DNA of 53,703 nucleotides from a virus (Duplodnaviria; Heunggongvirae; Uroviricota; Caudoviricetes): IMG/VR virus record IMGVR_UViG_2526164595_000015, positions 1 to 53,703 of that record; one strand, 5' to 3'. Shown piece by piece: positions 48,856 to 53,703 of this stretch (position 1 is its first letter; each line of letters starts with the position of its first letter). The notes under the pieces were generated by a model. It saw only the letters and a program-made list of their open reading frames with translations, ran no database searches and was not told where the DNA came from. The position numbers and the translations under genes were made by a program.

Positions 48856-49086
48856 TCAGGAGTGATTTTCATTGTTCAACCGCCCCGCCCGCTTCGTCTT
48901 ACGATATTCGTCATAAACTTTGGGATCATACTGAAGCTCCCCGCCAGATGCCTCCTGTAGACGCATCGCGCGACCTTCAGGAACCAGTATCCCCCAAGCA
49001 GCAACACTTGCCAGTCTCACTCCTGCGGCATTGGCAAGCTTTGTTTTGCTGCCAAAAAAAGTAATTGCGTCAACTTTAAGCATCAA
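48856..49086 (-). CDS. dicC: Cro-like regulator DicC
   Basis: 76 aa; matches recalled DicC (…RAMRLQEASGGELQYDPKVYDEYRK…); divergent from dicA. Confidence 0.85.
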   Translation of the reverse strand: MMLKVDAITFFGSKTKLANAAGVRLASVAAWGILVPEGRAMRLQEASGGELQYDPKVYDEYRKTKRAGRLNNENHS

Positions 49087-49163
49087 AGCCCCCTCTTGTT
49101 AGACTTTTCTAACATTATTGTGCGCGGGATACCTAAGTCAAGAAAAATTAGAATTACCTAACT

Positions 49164-49571
49164 ATGGATACAAGAACCCTAGGCCAGCGAGTTCTGGCGC
49201 GACGAAAAGAATTACGCTTAACACAACGAGAAGCTGCGCGCCTCGCTGGAGTTGCTCACGTCACAATTTCACAATGGGAAAGAGACGAAACCCAGCCAGT
49301 CGGAAAACGATTGTTTGCTTTAGCGGATGCTCTGAAGTGCTCACCTACATGGCTAATGTTTGGTGACGAAGACAAGGCACCAGTGCCTGCACAAGAACTT
49401 CATGTGGAAACAGAGCTAACTCCCAACCACAAAGAATTGATCGAATTATTCGATGCTCTTCCATCTTCCGAGCAGGAAGCCTTGCTGTCTGAAATGCGCG
49501 CAAGAGTAGAAAACTTCAACAAACTCTTCGAAGAAATGCTTAAAGCGCGTAAAAATAAATCAATAAAATAA
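49164..49571 (+). CDS. dicA: XRE-family HTH repressor DicA
   Basis: 135 aa; HTH (LTQREAARLAGVAHVTISQWERDE); divergent arrangement with dicC. Confidence 0.9.
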   Translation: MDTRTLGQRVLARRKELRLTQREAARLAGVAHVTISQWERDETQPVGKRLFALADALKCSPTWLMFGDEDKAPVPAQELHVETELTPNHKELIELFDALPSSEQEALLSEMRARVENFNKLFEEMLKARKNKSIK

Positions 49572-49739
49572 CATTCTTTTCAAGTGATTAGTTGCGCCCA
49601 CTCTTTTTGTTAGATCAATCTAACAAAAAACACTTGCCTCTCATGTTAGGTTATTCTAAATTACTTTCCATCAAGACACCGCACGGTGTTCTCAGCAAAC
49701 AGTTCCGCGACCCCGGCGTTAAGGGGAAATGAGGTCAGC

Positions 49740-49895
49740 ATGGATACTATCGATCTTGGCAACAGCGAATCTCTGGTATGTGGCGTGTTCCCCAACCAGG
49801 ACGGTACGTTCACCGCAATGACGTATACCAAAAGCAAAACGTTTAAAACCGAATCTGGAGCGCGTCGCTGGCTGGAAAGAAACTCAGGTGAGTGA
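49740..49895 (+). CDS. ydfA: small protein YdfA
   Basis: 51 aa MDTIDLGNSESLVCGVFPNQDGTF… matches recalled YdfA. Confidence 0.75.
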   Translation: MDTIDLGNSESLVCGVFPNQDGTFTAMTYTKSKTFKTESGARRWLERNSGE

Positions 49896-50449
49896 TATGG
49901 ATTTCGACACAATCATGGAAAAGGCTTACGAAGAATACTTCGAAGGCCTTGCCGAAGGCGAAGAAGCTCTCAGCTTCAGTGAGTTTAAACAGGCACTCAG
50001 AATAAGAATGTGCTCTCACAATGACGCGGAGCACAAATATGAGAAGCAAAATCAGACCGCAGAAAATTTTGTTCTGGAACCCGGAGAAACGCTTTTCAAA
50101 ATTCCCGTTACGTGCCCCATTTGCGGTTTTACATCAGAAGAACTTGACGACTCCTGTAATAATCAGGAAACAACCAAGTATGTCGAAGATGATACCGAGT
50201 GCGCACGAAGAACGATTATATCCACGAGTCCAAACTCCAGGACCAATAAATCTCACTTTGAGAGGGTGATTAATCCACTCCCCCAAACCAATAAAAAAGA
50301 TGCCGGAGGACAAAAAAACCAATGGAACAACGGGATATCTGTCAAAAAAAGACGTTCCATTAAAGACAAACAACGCAGCGCCAACAACTGTAAGCGCTTT
50401 ATACCAGTAATCAATTTTCATGTTCTTAAGCGGATTTATTGGTGGTTGC
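49888..50449 (+). CDS. YdfB/YdfC-like ORF, 3' end running into the IS2 insertion
   Basis: ORF MSDMDFDTIMEKAYEEYFEG… continues into IS2 left end (track ORF ends 50499 inside IS2); probably truncated. Confidence 0.45.
50134..50421 (-). CDS. candidate 95-aa membrane protein antisense to the ydfB/C-like ORF
   Basis: Three hydrophobic segments; start 29 bp from IS2 left end; may be an artefact of the T-rich strand. Confidence 0.25.
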   Translation of the reverse strand: MKIDYWYKALTVVGAALFVFNGTSFFDRYPVVPLVFLSSGIFFIGLGEWINHPLKVRFIGPGVWTRGYNRSSCALGIIFDILGCFLIITGVVKFF

Positions 50450-50540
50450 TAGACTGGCCCCCTGAATCTCCAGACAACCAGTATCACTTAAATAAGTGAT
50501 AGTCTTAATACTAGTTTTTAGACTAGTCATTGGAGAACAG

Positions 50541-50906
50541 ATGATTGATGTCTTAGGGCCGGAGAAACGCAGACGGCGTACCACACAGGAAAAGATCGCA
50601 ATTGTTCAGCAGAGCTTTGAACCGGGGATGACGGTCTCTCTCGTTGCCCGGCAACATGGTGTAGCAGCCAGCCAGTTATTTCTCTGGCGTAAGCAATACC
50701 AGGAAGGAAGTCTTACCGCTGTCGCCGCCGGAGAACAGGTTGTTCCTGCCTCTGAACTTGTTGCCGCCATGAAGCAGATTAAAGAACTCCAGCGCCTGCT
50801 CGGCAAGAAAACGATGGAAAATGAACTCCTCAAAGAAGCCGTTGAATATGGACGGGCAAAAAAGTGGATAGCGCACGCGCCCTTATTGCCCGGGGATGGG
50901 GAGTAA
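50541..50906 (+). CDS. insC: IS2 OrfA (InsC)
   Basis: 121 aa from [18 protein letters not shown]…, matches IS2 InsC from memory. Confidence 0.9.
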   Translation: MIDVLGPEKRRRRTTQEKIAIVQQSFEPGMTVSLVARQHGVAASQLFLWRKQYQEGSLTAVAAGEQVVPASELVAAMKQIKELQRLLGKKTMENELLKEAVEYGRAKKWIAHAPLLPGDGE

Positions 50907-51769
50907 GCTTAGTCAGCCGTTGTCTCCGGGTGTCGCGTGCGCAGTTGCACGTCATTCTCAGACGAACCGATGACTGGATGGATAGCCGCCGCAGTCGTCA
51001 CACTGATGATACGGATGTGCTTCTCCGTATACACCATGTTATCGGAGAGCTGCCCACGTATGGTTATCGTCGGGTATGGGCGCTGCTTCGCAGACAGGCA
51101 GAACTTGATGGTATGCCTGCGATCAATGCCAAACGTGTTTACCGGATCATGCGCCAGAATGCGCTGTTGCTTGAGCGAAAACCTGCTGTACCGCCATCGA
51201 AACGGGCACATACAGGCAGAGTGGCCGTGAAAGAAAGCAATCAGCGATGGTGCTCTGACGGGTTCGAGTTCTGCTGTGATAACGGAGAGAGACTGCGTGT
51301 CACGTTCGCGCTGGACTGCTGTGATCGTGAGGCACTGCACTGGGCGGTGACTACCGGCGGCTTCAACAGTGAAACAGTACAGGACGTCATGCTGGGAGCG
51401 GTGGAACGCCGCTTCGGCAACGATCTTCCGTCGTCTCCAGTGGAGTGGCTGACGGATAATGGTTCATGCTACCGGGCTAATGAAACACGCCAGTTCGCCC
51501 GGATGTTGGGACTTGAACCGAAGAACACGGCGGTGCGGAGTCCGGAGAGTAACGGAATAGCAGAGAGCTTCGTGAAAACGATAAAGCGTGACTACATCAG
51601 TATCATGCCCAAACCAGACGGGTTAACGGCAGCAAAGAACCTTGCAGAGGCGTTCGAGCATTATAACGAATGGCATCCGCATAGTGCGCTGGGTTATCGC
51701 TCGCCACGGGAATATCTGCGGCAGCGGGCTTGTAATGGGTTAAGTGATAACAGATGTCTGGAAATATAG
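50864..51769 (+). CDS. insD: IS2 OrfB transposase (InsD), DDE domain
   Basis: 301 aa, overlaps insC in -1 frame as in IS2. Confidence 0.9.
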   Translation: MDSARALIARGWGVSLVSRCLRVSRAQLHVILRRTDDWMDSRRSRHTDDTDVLLRIHHVIGELPTYGYRRVWALLRRQAELDGMPAINAKRVYRIMRQNALLLERKPAVPPSKRAHTGRVAVKESNQRWCSDGFEFCCDNGERLRVTFALDCCDREALHWAVTTGGFNSETVQDVMLGAVERRFGNDLPSSPVEWLTDNGSCYRANETRQFARMLGLEPKNTAVRSPESNGIAESFVKTIKRDYISIMPKPDGLTAAKNLAEAFEHYNEWHPHSALGYRSPREYLRQRACNGLSDNRCLEI

Positions 51770-52069
51770 GGGCAAATCCAGTTGCGACATTGCTTAATGA
51801 ATCCTTAAAACTGTGGTGATTTTAAGGATACCACCTCGCCTGACGTGGTTAAAAGCAGGCACACAACACGAAAGCGCACGGCGAAGTTCGTCTCACTGTA
51901 CGGTGTCGTTAAATTTAATTCGACCGTGCGCTTCCGGTTGTGGCAACCCGCAAAATGGCGCGGCGGTAAGTATGGCGGGGTTATTCCTTCCCCGTTGAGG
52001 ACACCGAGTTGTCAGGTTGACCATACGCTTAAGTGACAACCCCGCTGCAACGCCCTCTGTTATCAATTT

Positions 52070-52127
52070 TTTGGTGACGTTTGGCGGTATCAGTTTTACT
52101 CCGTGACTGCTCTGCCGCCGTTTTTAA
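52070..52127 (+). ncRNA. dicF: DicF small regulatory RNA with intrinsic terminator
   Basis: ttttggtgacgtttggcggtatcagttttactccgtgactgctctgccgccgttttt matches recalled DicF. Confidence 0.8.
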
Positions 52128-52294
52128 AGTGAATTTTGTGATGCGGTGAATGCGGCTAAGCGCACGCGGAACAGTTAAAACCAAAAACAGTGTTATGGGT
52201 GGATTCTCTGTATCCGACGTTAATTGTTAACTGGTTAACGTCACCTGGAGGCACCAGGCACTGCATCACAAAATTCATTGTTGAGGACGCGATA

Positions 52295-52483
52295 ATGAAA
52301 ACGTTATTACCAAACGTTAATACGTCTGAAGGTTGTTTTGAAATTGGTGTCACTATCAGTAACCCTGTATTTACTGAAGATGCCATTAACAAGAGAAAAC
52401 AAGAACGGGAGCTATTAAATAAAATATGCATTGTTTCAATGCTGGCTCGTTTACGTCTGATGCCAAAAGGATGTGCACAATGA
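52295..52483 (+). CDS. dicB: cell-division inhibitor DicB
   Basis: 62 aa MKTLLPNVNTSEGCFEIGVTISNPVF… matches recalled DicB. Confidence 0.85.
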   Translation: MKTLLPNVNTSEGCFEIGVTISNPVFTEDAINKRKQERELLNKICIVSMLARLRLMPKGCAQ

Positions 52484-52671
52484 ATTCAGCATTTGCGCTT
52501 GTTCTGACAGTTTTTCTTGTTTCCGGAGTGCCAGTTGATATTGCAGTCAGTGTTCACAGGACAATGCAGGAGTGTATGACTGCAGCAACCGAACAGAAAA
52601 TTCCCGGTAACTGTTACCCGGTCGATAAAGTTATTCACCAGGATAATATCGAAATCCCGGCAGGTCTTTAA
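52480..52671 (+). CDS. ydfD: small lysis/membrane protein YdfD
   Basis: 63 aa MNSAFALVLTVFLVSGVPVDIAVSV…; overlaps dicB stop. Confidence 0.75.
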   Translation: MNSAFALVLTVFLVSGVPVDIAVSVHRTMQECMTAATEQKIPGNCYPVDKVIHQDNIEIPAGL

Positions 52672-52764
52672 AACAGTTCCGTAATAAATATCCGGTTTCA
52701 TTCTTATATGCCAGCAATGGCAGGGATTTGTTCATCCTTAAATCTGTCATGAGGTTAAAACAAA

Positions 52765-53703
52765 ATGAGTAAAGTCTTTATTTGCGCCGCTATTCCTGAC
52801 GAACTGGCAACAAGGGAAGAAGGCGCTGTGGCTGTAGCCACAGCCATTGAAGCTGGCGACGAACGCCGTGCTCGAGCAAAATTTCACTGGCAATTCCTGG
52901 AACATTATCCGGCTGCTCAGGACTGCGCTTATAAATTTATTGTCTGCGAGGATAAACCTGGCATACCCGCCCTGCCTCGATTCATGGATGCTGAATATAT
53001 GCAGGAAAACCGCTGGGATGAGGAGTCTGCTTCTTTTGTCCCGGTTGAGACTGAATCCGATCCGATGAACGTCACTTTTGACAAGCTGGCCCCTGAAGTA
53101 CAGAACGCTGTCATGGTTAAGTTCGACACATGTGAAAACATCACCGTTGATATGGTTATTAGCGCACAGGAATTGTTGCAGGAAGACATGGCAACATTCG
53201 ACGGACATATCGTTGAAGCGTTGATGAAAATGCCAGAAGTTAACGCCATGTATCCGGAGCTTAAGTTGCACGCCATTGGGTGGGTTAAGCATAAATGTAT
53301 TCCTGGTGCTAAATGGCCCGAAATTCAGGCAGAGATGCGCATCTGGAAAAAACGTCGTGAAGGTGAACGCAAGGAAACCGGAAAATACACGTCTGTTGTT
53401 GATCTCGCCCGCGCCAGAGCCAATCAACAGTACACTGAAAATTCAACAGGAAAAATCAGCCCGGTCATTGCTGCCATTCATCGCGAATACAAGCAGACAT
53501 GGAAAACACTGGATGACGAACTGGCCTACGCTCTCTGGCCTGGTGATGTGGATGCCGGAAACATTGACGGCAGCATCCATCGCTGGGCAAAAAATGAAGT
53601 TATCGACAACGACCGCGAAGACTGGAAGCGTATCTCGGCATCAATGCGCAAACAGCCTGATGCCCTTCGCTACGACCGCCAAACTATTTTTGGCCTTGTC
53701 CGT
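52765..53703 (+). CDS. YdfE-like protein, 3' end beyond window
   Basis: Open frame from ATG 52765 (MSKVFICAAIPDELATREEG…) to window end; not in ORF track because no stop in window. Confidence 0.55.
   Translation, partial: MSKVFICAAIPDELATREEGAVAVATAIEAGDERRARAKFHWQFLEHYPAAQDCAYKFIVCEDKPGIPALPRFMDAEYMQENRWDEESASFVPVETESDPMNVTFDKLAPEVQNAVMVKFDTCENITVDMVISAQELLQEDMATFDGHIVEALMKMPEVNAMYPELKLHAIGWVKHKCIPGAKWPEIQAEMRIWKKRREGERKETGKYTSVVDLARARANQQYTENSTGKISPVIAAIHREYKQTWKTLDDELAYALWPGDVDAGNIDGSIHRWAKNEVIDNDREDWKRISASMRKQPDALRYDRQTIFGLVR

Larger units (their letters stand above)
50450..51780 (+). mobile_element. IS2: IS2 insertion sequence (1331 bp) with 5-bp target-site duplication GTTGC
   Basis: Ends TAGACTGGCCCCCTGAATCTCC… and …ATAGGGGCAAATCCA; GTTGC at 50445..50449 and 51781..51785; InsC/InsD ORFs inside. 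Confidence 0.95.
1285..53703. mobile_element. Qin-like cos-type lambdoid prophage (tail, head, packaging, lysis, Q, early and immunity regions); right end beyond window, left junction not resolved
   Basis: Contiguous lambda-order structural genes plus dicA/dicC/dicF/dicB/hokD homologs; exact attL unknown, somewhere in 1285..3017. Confidence 0.7.

Noticed and set aside
52747-53427. 226-aa and 115-aa minus-strand ORFs at the right end
   Set aside because: Antisense to the open YdfE-like frame beginning at 52765, which has a plausible start and protein-like composition.

Overview
This window looks like an Escherichia-type chromosomal region: an MFS transporter gene (ydfJ-like, 1..1284), a ~1.7-kb AT-rich spacer, then an essentially complete cos-type lambdoid prophage with Qin-like gene content that runs off the right edge. 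All calls are from reading the sequence and ORF track and from remembered protein families; no database search was run. Reading right to left on the minus strand, the prophage carries dicA/dicC immunity, an initiator gene with internal iterons, a NUDIX + HAD cargo pair, hokD, a DUF968 protein, RusA, antiterminator Q, a pR'/tR' region, a tRNA cluster, two TolA-domain-III-like lipoproteins, the lysis cassette, cos, terS, terL, and a full head and tail module ending in stf and tfa. An IS2 copy with a 5-bp target duplication sits between the ydfB/C-like ORF and dicF. The main finding is that the terminase large-subunit gene is split by a ~9.7-kb integrase-bearing island (about 24670..34403) flanked by a 10-bp imperfect direct repeat; precise excision would restore terL in frame. 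The island has a satellite-like layout (int, alpA, a divergent RHH regulator with three palindromic operators, AAA-type helicase, SSB) and carries its own prohead protease and major capsid genes plus two cos-like elements matching the one upstream of the prophage terS. Second in interest is the tandem pair of TolA-III-like lipoproteins in the late cargo position.
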